IMG/VR virus record: IMGVR_UViG_3300016476_000810
Coordinates: 1-32,835 of that record
Reading direction: 5' to 3' (one strand)
From: a virus
Taxonomy: Duplodnaviria; Caudoviricetes
Length of the DNA stretch: 32,835 nt
Shown here: one piece after another, positions 1 to 8,009 of the stretch
How positions within the stretch are numbered: the stretch's first letter is position 1
How the letters are laid out: each line of letters starts with the position of its first letter
The notes under the pieces: model-generated
What the model was told of the DNA's origin: nothing
Databases searched by the model: none
The model's input: only the letters and a program-made list of their open reading frames with translations
Made by a program: the position numbers and the translations under genes

Positions 1-2
1 TC

Positions 3-176
3 GGGGGCGTCGTGCTAAAGACCATTACTGGGGTTAGCAATGTAACCCCAGTAACATCTGAACTGTATGGTATTAACAGCCGCTTCATCTATATAAAACT
101 CATTAACCCGTCGTTCACATCCATCCATAATGGCTATTTGGCTGTGACTGGAGTGCAGTTCGTGGCCTCGATATAG
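3..176 (+). CDS. 3' end of a gene starting outside the window (possibly tail fibre/tailspike)
   Basis: Open frame GGVVLKTITGVSNVTP...VTGVQFVASI* ending at TAG 174-176, beta-strand-like composition, followed by a terminator. The product is a guess from context. Confidence 0.55.
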   Translation, partial: GGVVLKTITGVSNVTPVTSELYGINSRFIYIKLINPSFTSIHNGYLAVTGVQFVASI

Positions 177-190
177 CCCGCGTTTAAATC

Positions 191-214
191 AAAGCCCCTT
201 CACAGGGGCTTTTT
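191..214. terminator. Bidirectional intrinsic terminator
   Basis: AAAGCCCCT-TCAC-AGGGGCTTT-TT lies between convergent genes. Confidence 0.85.
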
Positions 215-343
215 CGTTTTGTAGTAATCCATCAGCAAATCTTGCACGTCTGTCGTACCTTCTACTCGCGCCTGCACCACTTTGTCAGGCGATCCTTCTG
301 TCTGTATCTGGTACACAAACAACGGGTACTGCTGGCCCAGAGT
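200..343 (-). pseudogene. Startless 47-codon relic resembling the C-terminus of a phage SNF2-type helicase
   Basis: In frame after the holin TAA: TLGQQYPLFVYQIQTEGSPDKVVQARVEGTTDVQDLLMDYYKTKKPL*. Resembles the G-x3-P-V-F-I-Y-x-I...D-x-V-V-x-x-R...VQDLL tail of phage SNF2 helicases. Confidence 0.5.
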
Positions 344-844
344 TTATCGCTTCATCAAATCTTTATTGGCACTAGCCCTGGTTGAGCCTACCCAGTACGT
401 CACGCACGACGTGAGTATCCCTGAAACCTGACCTGCCATATAAACTACAATGTCCTTGTTTTCGCCAGGAATCGCCCAGATAAATAGAGCACCTACAATG
501 GCTCCAAACATTGCACACATTACCATAGTGATTGCAGACGGCATCCAGTGATGCTGGTGAGCAGCCCTGGCGTTCTGCACGTCAGCAGTCTCGATCCTTA
601 GTCGCTCGTTCTCCAACTCTTGCAGTCGCTCGACGTGAGTGGTCTCGATTTCCCTGAGTTTCAATGCTGCGTCAGGGTCACCTGTTATAGCCGCCATCAC
701 CTGGTCTGGTGTTGATTCAGGAGACACCCCGAATTTACCACTTATTATACTTGCTATAACCGAACCAGCGGGGCCGAAAAGAGCTCCACCCAAGAGTGGA
801 GCCCCTGCTTTTATTACAGCATTACCAACACCTTTCCAGTCCAT
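344..844 (-). CDS. Holin (GTA-type 3TM holin-like)
   Basis: N-terminal GAPLLGGALFGPAG hydrophobic segment, central charged helix ending DVQNAR, two C-terminal TM segments ending YWVGS; close to the endolysin. Confidence 0.75.
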   Translation of the reverse strand: MDWKGVGNAVIKAGAPLLGGALFGPAGSVIASIISGKFGVSPESTPDQVMAAITGDPDAALKLREIETTHVERLQELENERLRIETADVQNARAAHQHHWMPSAITMVMCAMFGAIVGALFIWAIPGENKDIVVYMAGQVSGILTSCVTYWVGSTRASANKDLMKR

Positions 845-845
845 G

Positions 846-1049
846 TCACTCTCCCATTAACATCTTTCTTGACAGTCTACTCGAATGAGGCAGAAGCAGA
901 CGAGCAGCCTTTTCGAAGAAAGCGTTGTTGATTGCATTATAAACCTCAACCACCCACGGGTCATCGCTTGGTGAGGTGATACTAAGCAGCGTAATGACAA
1001 CCTGTCGCCTGGTTGGTGACAGTCGTTCCATCGTGTCTGGTGTCACCAT
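846..1049 (-). CDS. Small protein, possibly a degenerate C-terminal lobe of a T4-lysozyme-like muramidase
   Basis: 67 aa ORF packed between endolysin and holin; LSPTRRQVVITL...AINNAFFEKAARLLL...RLSRKMLMGE. Confidence 0.5.
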   Translation of the reverse strand: MVTPDTMERLSPTRRQVVITLLSITSPSDDPWVVEVYNAINNAFFEKAARLLLPHSSRLSRKMLMGE

Positions 1050-1669
1050 CTGTATTGCTCCCCTCGCACTGCTTTTTCCCTGATTTTCTTGATTGCTTCA
1101 CCGCGAGTGATCACAGAGTCCTTGTTAATATCGAGACCACTGTTCTGTCTGTAAGTAGTCGGCCTGTCAACTTGGTTCCATAACACCCAGTCATCGGATT
1201 TTCCAATGCCAGCAGGCCACAAGATAGCCATATAGATGTCACCCAGATTTTTCATCTTACCTGAGTACGGTTTGAAGTATTTCTCAACATAGTCTAGTTG
1301 TGACTCTGGTGTCATCTCGGCCAGTGACTCAGTTGATGTACCCAATCCTTTTGCTGTGGACGGCATGAATTGGATTAGGCCGACCGCACCTGAACCAGCA
1401 GCGTTTTTAATGTCTGCTCTGAATGTTTCAGCACTCTCGAAAGCCATGCAGCTCATCAGGTCGTCAGGGTCAACTCCAATTCGAGCTGAAATATCGATGA
1501 CCTTTGAGCGGAAAGCCGGAGATACCTTTGACCCCCATGAAATGGAAACTTCATCAGTAAGACCGACGAGCGCACGATAAGCCTTCTCAGACTGTGGTCC
1601 CCATTTACCATCTATAGCTCCGGTGTAAAAACCAAGTCGCGTCATATCAGTCTGTAATCTCTCAATCAT
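1043..1669 (-). CDS. Modular endolysin: N-terminal peptidoglycan-binding domain plus lysozyme-like/SLT transglycosylase domain
   Basis: LQ..MTRLGFYTGAIDGKWGPQS (PG_binding_1-like); catalytic MAFES and GAVGLIQFMPSTA motifs. Confidence 0.88.
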   Translation of the reverse strand: MIERLQTDMTRLGFYTGAIDGKWGPQSEKAYRALVGLTDEVSISWGSKVSPAFRSKVIDISARIGVDPDDLMSCMAFESAETFRADIKNAAGSGAVGLIQFMPSTAKGLGTSTESLAEMTPESQLDYVEKYFKPYSGKMKNLGDIYMAILWPAGIGKSDDWVLWNQVDRPTTYRQNSGLDINKDSVITRGEAIKKIREKAVRGEQYRW

Positions 1670-1793
1670 CTTTTACCTCTCTTTCTTTCCACATTTCATA
1701 AAGCTGATGATAGTGGTATGCAGTCACACCGTCAGCAGCGGTGTCTCTCATTCTTGCGCACCATTCATGAGGCTTTTCTTGGCTGACTACCAT
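1662..1793 (-). CDS. Small hypothetical protein, 43 aa (not in ORF track)
   Basis: MVVSQEKPHEWCARMRDTAADGVTAYHYHQLYEMWKEREVKDD*; overlaps the MTase stop and the endolysin start, filling the gap. Confidence 0.6.
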   Translation of the reverse strand: MVVSQEKPHEWCARMRDTAADGVTAYHYHQLYEMWKEREVKDD

Positions 1794-2503
1794 GCTGTCT
1801 CCACTTTAATTTTACAATCAAGATGTCTAAACAAAGCAACAGAATAATAATTGTCATCCAGTTCTATGCCGATAAAATCTCGACCAGTGTTGGCTGCTGC
1901 AATACCTGTTGTTCCACTCCCCATAGTGAAGTCAAGAACCGTTTCACCTTCGTTGGTGTAGGTCTTGATTAGGTACTCCATCAATGCTACTGGCTTTTGG
2001 GTTGGGTGGACACCGTCGACGCTTGGGAACTCAACGATATTCCTTGGGTAATTTGTAACAGTCTGTCTAGTTGTCTTTGAGCACTCCCCGTAATTACCTC
2101 GGTTAGTTCTACTAACCATCTTGTCGGTTGGTTTAATCCCTTGAGGATTGTATGTACATTGATTGTCATAAAAAACAACCACATCTTCATAGGTTCTTAA
2201 AGGTTGCTTCTTTGCGTTTAAATGTCCAGTTGGTTTCGATTTCTTCCATGCCCAACAATACTTAAACATCTTCATGTTGCTGGCGATCAGCGTGGTAGTG
2301 AACGGCTGTGCGGCAGTCATCACAATCACACCGTCAGGCTTAACGACCCGCTTCAACTGCTCCCACATTGGTTGCAATGGAATAACTGAATCCCATTTAC
2401 ATGCTGTCGTTCCGTATGGAGGGTCAGTCAAAATCAAATCAATGCTGTGGTCAGGGATGTTTTTCATTTGTTCTAGGCAATCACCAAGGATTAATTTATG
2501 CAC
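1787..2503 (-). CDS. Orphan DNA N6-adenine/N4-cytosine methyltransferase (beta class)
   Basis: Motif IV TDPPY near the N-terminus, HPTQKP, motif I LDFTMGSGTT, GIELD. Confidence 0.93.
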   Translation of the reverse strand: MHKLILGDCLEQMKNIPDHSIDLILTDPPYGTTACKWDSVIPLQPMWEQLKRVVKPDGVIVMTAAQPFTTTLIASNMKMFKYCWAWKKSKPTGHLNAKKQPLRTYEDVVVFYDNQCTYNPQGIKPTDKMVSRTNRGNYGECSKTTRQTVTNYPRNIVEFPSVDGVHPTQKPVALMEYLIKTYTNEGETVLDFTMGSGTTGIAAANTGRDFIGIELDDNYYSVALFRHLDCKIKVETAW

Positions 2504-4292
2504 TCACTCCTCCTTTAATCTTCATGTCACCCTGAATTCGTCGAGTTAACTCATCCATCTGACCAGCAGTGTAGTCACCCTGGCACCGGAGTATGTTAAC
2601 ACCAAATCGGATCTCGAACTCGTCTTGGATGAGTTTATGTGTCATTCCAGTATCCAGCCATTTCTGTTCACACCATCGCTGAATCCAGTGACGGAGTGTA
2701 TCGAGGTTACACTGCCTGGTTGCGTGATTATTAACTGCTGACCTCATTGCAATAGACCCATCATTACGGAACTTATTGGCAATACTTTGAACAGGTGCAT
2801 AGAATGAAGCACGTTTCTCCAGTAATTCCTCAACCAGGTCGAAAGCCTGTTCCTCAAGGACACCATCCTTCACCTTGATTTCCCTGATGCGGGTGACTCG
2901 CTCGTCATCAGTTTCAACGTGACCACACTCAGGGCAGACACTGTTGATGAACACGAGCATCTTACCTTCGGGGTCTGGTGCGACACCGACAGTCCCGATG
3001 GCACCACACTCAGGACACTCGATAGTCTCGATTTTATCGGGGTCTTCATAACCACAGTCGCGACAGACACCATCGAAGAACTTATCGGAATCACACTCAG
3101 GGCAGGTTTTAGGTGCTCTGTCGGTGAGTCGGTCGAGTGTCCAAGTAGGATCATCATGAGGATACTTCAGATTGAACGTCTGCATCATATAGCGAGTGTT
3201 CCCGACCATATCAATGAGCACCCCATACTGCTTGCCTTCAGCGATACGGAGCATACGACCGAACTGCTGCTTGAACAGGGAGTAACTGACAGTACGACGC
3301 ATCATAATCACACCGGAGACAGCCGGGCAATCATAACCCTCACCGAGCAAGTCAACGTTCACAAGGTTCAGGATCCGACCTGTTTTCATCATTTCCATGG
3401 CCTGCTGACGTTCAGCCAGAGGTTGTTTCGAGCTGACTGCTATCGACGGTATCCCGGCAGCGTTGAATTCGTCGGCCACTTCTTTGGCGTGTTCGATATT
3501 GATGCAGAAAGTGATGACAGGTTTACCGTTCAGGTGGTGTTTGTATTCACGAACAGCATTGCCTGTGATGTCCGCTTCTTTAGTCTTAATTCGTAATTGC
3601 TTGGTGTTCAGGTCACCATTCTTGTCTTTCTTGATACCTGTGATATCAATGCGACCGTGAGCATAGATTTTATAGGGGCACAACATACCTGCTTTGATGA
3701 GGTCCCACATATTCACTGTGCAAGACAGGAAATCGAATATCCCGTCGGCATGTGAACCAAGACCTTTTTTATCGCCACGGATGGGAGTCGCAGTAAACCC
3801 GATACCACGCGCATTAGGTATCGACGATAAGCAAGTGTGCCACTGGTTCCCGTCGATACAGTGGTGTGCCTCATCCTGTAGCCACCACATGACTGACTCT
3901 AAAAACTGAGGGTTCAGCTTACCGTCACGAAGTCGAGCGTTAAAAGTGGGTGTCGATGACACGATGACCGGACTGGTAGGTTCCCAGTAACTATCACCGA
4001 ATAGTTCTAAGTTGTTGTTTGTGATGTCTCGACGAGCTTTGTCCGAGCAGACGAAGGTGTGAGGAACTCCTGTCTTACACAGTGCTTCTGAAAGCTGGGA
4101 GATCAGTACATCACGGTGAGCGAAGATGACACAGGGTTCACGTCGTTGATAACAACGTCGAGCATATTCAGCCAGCGTGAGTGATTTACCGGCACCGGTT
4201 GGAAGCACACACAGCACCGCTCGATATACCTGAGACAGTGCTGTGTCGACAGCAGCAATAGCACCGACTTGGTGAGGTCGGAGAGTTATCAT
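2496..4292 (-). CDS. Superfamily 2 (DExH) DNA helicase with C-terminal zinc ribbons
   Basis: LRPHQ Q-motif, PTGAGKS Walker A, DEAHH, TATP, EGYD, QQFGRMLR; four CxxC pairs. Confidence 0.93.
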   Translation of the reverse strand: MITLRPHQVGAIAAVDTALSQVYRAVLCVLPTGAGKSLTLAEYARRCYQRREPCVIFAHRDVLISQLSEALCKTGVPHTFVCSDKARRDITNNNLELFGDSYWEPTSPVIVSSTPTFNARLRDGKLNPQFLESVMWWLQDEAHHCIDGNQWHTCLSSIPNARGIGFTATPIRGDKKGLGSHADGIFDFLSCTVNMWDLIKAGMLCPYKIYAHGRIDITGIKKDKNGDLNTKQLRIKTKEADITGNAVREYKHHLNGKPVITFCINIEHAKEVADEFNAAGIPSIAVSSKQPLAERQQAMEMMKTGRILNLVNVDLLGEGYDCPAVSGVIMMRRTVSYSLFKQQFGRMLRIAEGKQYGVLIDMVGNTRYMMQTFNLKYPHDDPTWTLDRLTDRAPKTCPECDSDKFFDGVCRDCGYEDPDKIETIECPECGAIGTVGVAPDPEGKMLVFINSVCPECGHVETDDERVTRIREIKVKDGVLEEQAFDLVEELLEKRASFYAPVQSIANKFRNDGSIAMRSAVNNHATRQCNLDTLRHWIQRWCEQKWLDTGMTHKLIQDEFEIRFGVNILRCQGDYTAGQMDELTRRIQGDMKIKGGVSA

Positions 4293-4480
4293 TCAGTGGG
4301 TTCCTCTCTCACGATGCGACGCTCGTCGATTTCAAATAACTGATAGTCATACAGAGGGTCATAGTGGCCAGTAATAAACCACTTACCAGCAAGGAACTCG
4401 GCTATAATCCAACAACCTTGGTCTCGTTCACATCTCACCCAATAAAACCCCGGCTCACGATTCTTCTGACTCATCATCAA
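4289..4480 (-). CDS. Hypothetical protein
   Basis: 63 aa ORF (REPGFYWV...EIDERRI) with ATGA overlap into the helicase. Confidence 0.7.
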   Translation of the reverse strand: MMMSQKNREPGFYWVRCERDQGCWIIAEFLAGKWFITGHYDPLYDYQLFEIDERRIVREEPTE

Positions 4481-4634
4481 TCTCCTTTTCTACTGTTATC
4501 AACGTTGCCACCGGATGGTCTGACTTCACCCAGTCCGGACAACACTGGTTCAGATATCGCTCGGCTTCAATGACACTACACTTTCGGTGGCAGCAGACGT
4601 ATCGGACGAGTTTATCACGGTATGACTGAGGCAT
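4455..4634 (-). CDS. Hypothetical protein (start revised to ATG 4634)
   Basis: Strong SD CAGGAGG precedes ATG 4634 (MPQSYRDK...). Confidence 0.7.
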   Translation of the reverse strand: MPQSYRDKLVRYVCCHRKCSVIEAERYLNQCCPDWVKSDHPVATLITVEKEIDDESEES

Positions 4635-4660
4635 AAGTACCTCCTGATTAACTGGACACA

Positions 4661-4669
4661 ATCATAGCA
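4661..4669 (-). promoter_or_regulatory. Putative extended -10 promoter for the leftward block
   Basis: TGcTATGAT on the minus strand in the divergent intergenic region. Confidence 0.4.
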
Positions 4670-4693
4670 TCGTAAAATTTTTTGCGAAAGGGC

Positions 4694-4721
4694 TTTACTT
4701 TCGATTTTCAGATGATAGAGT
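4694..4721 (+). promoter_or_regulatory. Putative sigma70-type promoter for the replication block
   Basis: TTTACT-N16-TAGAGT with TG extension; the ctttac...atagagtt frame recurs at 11145-11175. Confidence 0.6.
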
Positions 4722-4761
4722 TACTCACGTCAACAACGACATATCAACCAAGGAACAAATC

Positions 4762-5613
4762 ATGGGACTTCTCGAACAACTGATGGCAAAGCTGGACATC
4801 GTTATCGCTAACCAAAACGCGATGATGAACGGTCAACCGGCTACTGTGACTGTTGAAAACAAAATCGAGCAGACTGAATCCGGAACCACTGAAACCACCG
4901 TCGAACTCGACAAAAACGGTATTCCGTGGGACGAGCGTATCCACGCTGGCACCAAGCGCAAAAATGCTGACGGAACCTGGTCACTGAAGAAAGGCGTAGA
5001 CAAAGAACTGGCTGCTCAGATTATTGCTGAGTATCAGTCTGCACCAGCAGCACCAGCAGCACCAGCAGCACCAGCAGCACCAGCAGCACCAGCAGCACCA
5101 GCAGCACCAGCAGCACCAGCAGCACCAGCAAAACCTGGTGTTCCGACTCCCCCCGCACCGCCAGCTGCTCCGGCTAAACCCGGTGTACCTGCTGCTCCGG
5201 CTAAACCGGAGGAAGCTGGTCCGACTGTCAAGGCCGCTCGCCTGAGCAATGTCCTGATCAACGACATGGGTGTTGACTATGACCTGGTTATCGCTGGTGT
5301 TCTCGCACCTCGCGGTTATGACCAATTCGGTTCAGTACCTGCTGAACAAGCTGCTGATGTGCTGAAAGACCTGGAGAAGTGGGAAGAAAACCTGAAGAAC
5401 CTGGTCAAAGAGTTCGCTGACCTGCGTGGTATGGCTGAAGGCACCGAACACGCACAGGCTGTTGAAGATGGCCTTGCCTACTACGTCAGCAACAACGACG
5501 GTGAAGGTGACGACCCTGCAACCATCCCGTTTGCCAAGCTCTACGATGCTTACGTCGAAGTGGCGAAGTGGTCGAACGAGTGGGAACCGGTTCTGGCCGC
5601 CATGAAAGGTTAA
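4762..5613 (+). CDS. Pro/Ala-linker protein at the head of the DUF2800-DUF2815 replication module
   Basis: SD AAGGA; segment ELDKNGIPWDERIHAGTKRKNADGTW recalled from phage proteins at this position; (APA)10 linker; acidic helical C-terminal domain. Confidence 0.85.
   Translation: MGLLEQLMAKLDIVIANQNAMMNGQPATVTVENKIEQTESGTTETTVELDKNGIPWDERIHAGTKRKNADGTWSLKKGVDKELAAQIIAEYQSAPAAPAAPAAPAAPAAPAAPAAPAAPAAPAKPGVPTPPAPPAAPAKPGVPAAPAKPEEAGPTVKAARLSNVLINDMGVDYDLVIAGVLAPRGYDQFGSVPAEQAADVLKDLEKWEENLKNLVKEFADLRGMAEGTEHAQAVEDGLAYYVSNNDGEGDDPATIPFAKLYDAYVEVAKWSNEWEPVLAAMKG
5041..5130 (+). repeat. Perfect 9-bp tandem repeat (GCACCAGCA)x10
   Basis: Read directly: 90 bp with no mismatches, encoding (Ala-Pro-Ala)10. 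Confidence 0.98.
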
Positions 5614-5674
5614 TACCATGGCACCGGTATCTCTGTAGCGCCGGTGCTTTCAATAACTAACATGGAGAGTTGAG

Positions 5675-5797
5675 ATGAATTTTCCAGACATAGGTACAGC
5701 GCTGATAATGTTGTGTATTGTCTGTGCTTTCTTAGGTTGGGGAGCTATTGAGTTTATCTTGTGGCTCGCTAGTTTCATCAACATCAGCGTGGGATAA
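5675..5797 (+). CDS. Small membrane protein, 40 aa (not in ORF track)
   Basis: SD GGAG; MNFPDIGTALIMLCIVCAFLGWGAIEFILWLASFINISVG*; ends 2 nt before the next ATG. Confidence 0.65.
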   Translation: MNFPDIGTALIMLCIVCAFLGWGAIEFILWLASFINISVG

Positions 5798-5799
5798 CC

Positions 5800-6948
5800 A
5801 TGGCACCGAGCGCACACAGTAAATTCTCGTTTAGCGGGAGTCATCGTTGGATTGAGGACGCTTGTCCTGCCAGCGTGAGGATGAGTCAGGGTTATCCTGA
5901 GCAGTCCAATCCGTCCGCTGAACGTGGTACTGCTGCACACGGTCTCGGTGAATTCGTCTTGCGGCTTGGTTTTGATATTCGTCAGATGCTTGGCATGGAG
6001 TTCAACAATATTGCTGTCGATTACAAGATGATCGACGACGTGTTTGTCTACACCAGTTACGTCAATAAGATGACTGCGAAATACGGAACCAAGCCGCTGC
6101 TCGAACAACGAGTGGTGATGTCATCACTCGGTCGAGACGATGTGTACGGTACGTCCGATTGCAACTTCCTGGTTCCGAATCAGGGTATTGTTGAAATCAC
6201 CGACTACAAGAATGGTTATGGTGTTGTCGAGGTTCAGGACAATCCTCAGACCATCGGTTATGCGATTGCAGCACTGGACACGTTCCAGATGTGGGACCAG
6301 GTTCACACGGTAAGAAACACCATCGTACAGCCGAATGGTAACCATATCGACGGGCCGGTCAGGACTGCTGTTTATCCGGTTCGAGTGCTTCACGAGTGGC
6401 GTGAGAAGTTTCGCCGGTCGGTCGCTCTGGCTGAGGATAAGTCGCAGAAACCGAAAGCTGGTGAGTACTGTTACTACTGTCCGGCACAGGCTAACTGTCG
6501 CGCTCGGATTGAATGGGTTCTCGACCATGCTTATGTCACGGTTCCTTTCGAGGAATTGTCAATACCTGAGCTGGAACTGATTTACCGTGAAATCGGTAGC
6601 ACCAAAGCCTTCCTTGAGAAGGTAGAAGAACGAGTGTTCAACCTCGCGATGCGTGGCCGACGGTTCGAAGGATACAAAGTCGTTCAGTCTTATGGTCGAG
6701 CAGCCTGTCTGGACGAGAAAGCACTGGTTCATGATGCACTCGAATTGGGTAAAAATGAGTTTGACCTGTATAATACCAAACTCAAAAGCAAGACCGATCT
6801 GAAGCGCATATTACCTCACAACTTGGTAAACAAGCACTTCGTATCACCGGAACCAGGTAAGAAACTCGTGCCCATGCACGACAACTCGCCTGCAATCCGA
6901 ATTCAACCAGCGACAGAGGCTTTCGCAGCCTTTAAGATAGAGGGTTAA
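5800..6948 (+). CDS. DUF2800-family Cas4-like PD-(D/E)XK exonuclease
   Basis: HSKFSFSGSHRW..CPAS, AERGTAAH, GTSD, DYKNGYG, NPQ, and C-terminal CYYCPAQANC cluster. Confidence 0.88.
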   Translation: MAPSAHSKFSFSGSHRWIEDACPASVRMSQGYPEQSNPSAERGTAAHGLGEFVLRLGFDIRQMLGMEFNNIAVDYKMIDDVFVYTSYVNKMTAKYGTKPLLEQRVVMSSLGRDDVYGTSDCNFLVPNQGIVEITDYKNGYGVVEVQDNPQTIGYAIAALDTFQMWDQVHTVRNTIVQPNGNHIDGPVRTAVYPVRVLHEWREKFRRSVALAEDKSQKPKAGEYCYYCPAQANCRARIEWVLDHAYVTVPFEELSIPELELIYREIGSTKAFLEKVEERVFNLAMRGRRFEGYKVVQSYGRAACLDEKALVHDALELGKNEFDLYNTKLKSKTDLKRILPHNLVNKHFVSPEPGKKLVPMHDNSPAIRIQPATEAFAAFKIEG

Positions 6949-6953
6949 TTTAT

Positions 6954-7955
6954 ATGGCATCAGTAACTATCATCACGGACATTTGCCGTGCGTCGTATGT
7001 CCACCTCAAAGAACCCAAAAAGTTCAACGAGAAGGACGCTCTAAAATACCGCTTGACCGCAATGTTCCCGAAAGCTGGTCAAGGTGTTATCCAGAAGCTC
7101 GGGCTGCAATTCCCGTCCAGCCGTGACAATTTGGTCAACGCCATCAAGCAAGTCGTGCGCGAAGAGTTTGGTTTCGAACTCGACGTTGACAACCACGAAT
7201 ATGCAAAACAGTGTGGTATCCAGTTCCCGCCGAACTTCAAAGACGGCGACAAGGTATTCGCGAAGGATGAAAAGGGCTTCCCGATCCCCGGTCAGGTTGA
7301 CCCCATTGCAGCGGGTAACTGGTCTATCAATTTCACCGCTGACCCTGCCGAACAACCTGGTTGTGTACATGGTGTCAGCATCCAGCCAATTGACCCGAGC
7401 GCCATTTACTCCGGTTGCTGGGTACGTTGCCAGGTCGAAGTCAGCGCGTTCACCAATAAGGAGAATGCTCGCATCATCGCTATCAAACTCCTGAACGTGA
7501 TGATGTGTTATGACGACGAATCGTTCGGTGGTGCCGGTCCGAAGCAAGACGCAACCAGTGCGTTTGCTGGCTTGGCTGTGCAGAACAGCAACCTGTCTGC
7601 TGGTGTCGGTCAAGGTAACTTCCAGCCGATGACTCCTGCCACACCTATCGCACAGCCTGCACCCGCTGCGACCAGTAAGGTGGTCATGAACGCGAACAGC
7701 CCTTACGCATATGACATCCTGAAGGGTCAAGGCTGGACTGACGAGCAGATTGTCGGTGCCGGTTACGCAACCATGCAACAGGTAGCACCGCCTGCACCGC
7801 CTGCACCGCCTGCACCGAGCGTCCCGACGACCGGTAAGGTCATCATGAACGCTGACAGCCCGTATACTTACGACGTGCTGAAGGGTCAGGGTTGGACTGA
7901 CGACGACATGATCACTGCGGGGTATGCAAAACCTAACTTTACGAATCCTCAGTGA
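6954..7955 (+). CDS. DUF2815-type single-stranded DNA-binding protein with duplicated C-terminal mini-domain
   Basis: RASYVHLKEP, FKDGD, IYSGCWVR, LLNVM..DDESFGG; follows DUF2800. Confidence 0.85.
   Translation: MASVTIITDICRASYVHLKEPKKFNEKDALKYRLTAMFPKAGQGVIQKLGLQFPSSRDNLVNAIKQVVREEFGFELDVDNHEYAKQCGIQFPPNFKDGDKVFAKDEKGFPIPGQVDPIAAGNWSINFTADPAEQPGCVHGVSIQPIDPSAIYSGCWVRCQVEVSAFTNKENARIIAIKLLNVMMCYDDESFGGAGPKQDATSAFAGLAVQNSNLSAGVGQGNFQPMTPATPIAQPAPAATSKVVMNANSPYAYDILKGQGWTDEQIVGAGYATMQQVAPPAPPAPPAPSVPTTGKVIMNADSPYTYDVLKGQGWTDDDMITAGYAKPNFTNPQ
7677..7928 (+). repeat. Diverged 93-bp intragenic duplication (7677-7769 and 7836-7928)
   Basis: KVVMNANSPYAYDILKGQGWTDEQIVGAGYA versus KVIMNADSPYTYDVLKGQGWTDDDMITAGYA, separated by a linker with GCACCGCCT repeats. 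Confidence 0.95.
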
Positions 7956-7969
7956 TTTTTTTAACCAGT

Positions 7970-7992
7970 GGCCGTCTTCGGGCGGCCTTTTT
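7970..7992 (+). terminator. Intrinsic terminator
   Basis: GGCCGTC-TTCG-GGCGGCC-TTTTT (cUUCGg loop). Confidence 0.9.
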
Positions 7993-8009
7993 ATTATCAG
8001 GACTGACCA

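Noticed and set aside
1-214. Diversity-generating retroelement target with hairpin
   Set aside because: No reverse transcriptase or template repeat is in the window, and the hairpin lies inside the ORF rather than downstream of it.
200-346. Stop-codon read-through extension of the holin
   Set aside because: TAA is an efficient stop and other genes use all three stops normally; a relic of another gene is the simpler explanation, although read-through is not excluded.
5041-5130. Possible CRISPR array, given the nearby Cas4-like gene
   Set aside because: Contiguous tandem repeat with no spacers; the nuclease is the usual phage DUF2800 type. No repeat-spacer array was seen in the window.
4981-5325. 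ORFs with (CWC)n, (HQQ)n and (GAA)n repeats in alternative frames
   Set aside because: They are alternative-frame readings of the 9-bp repeat inside the 283-aa gene and have no independent support.
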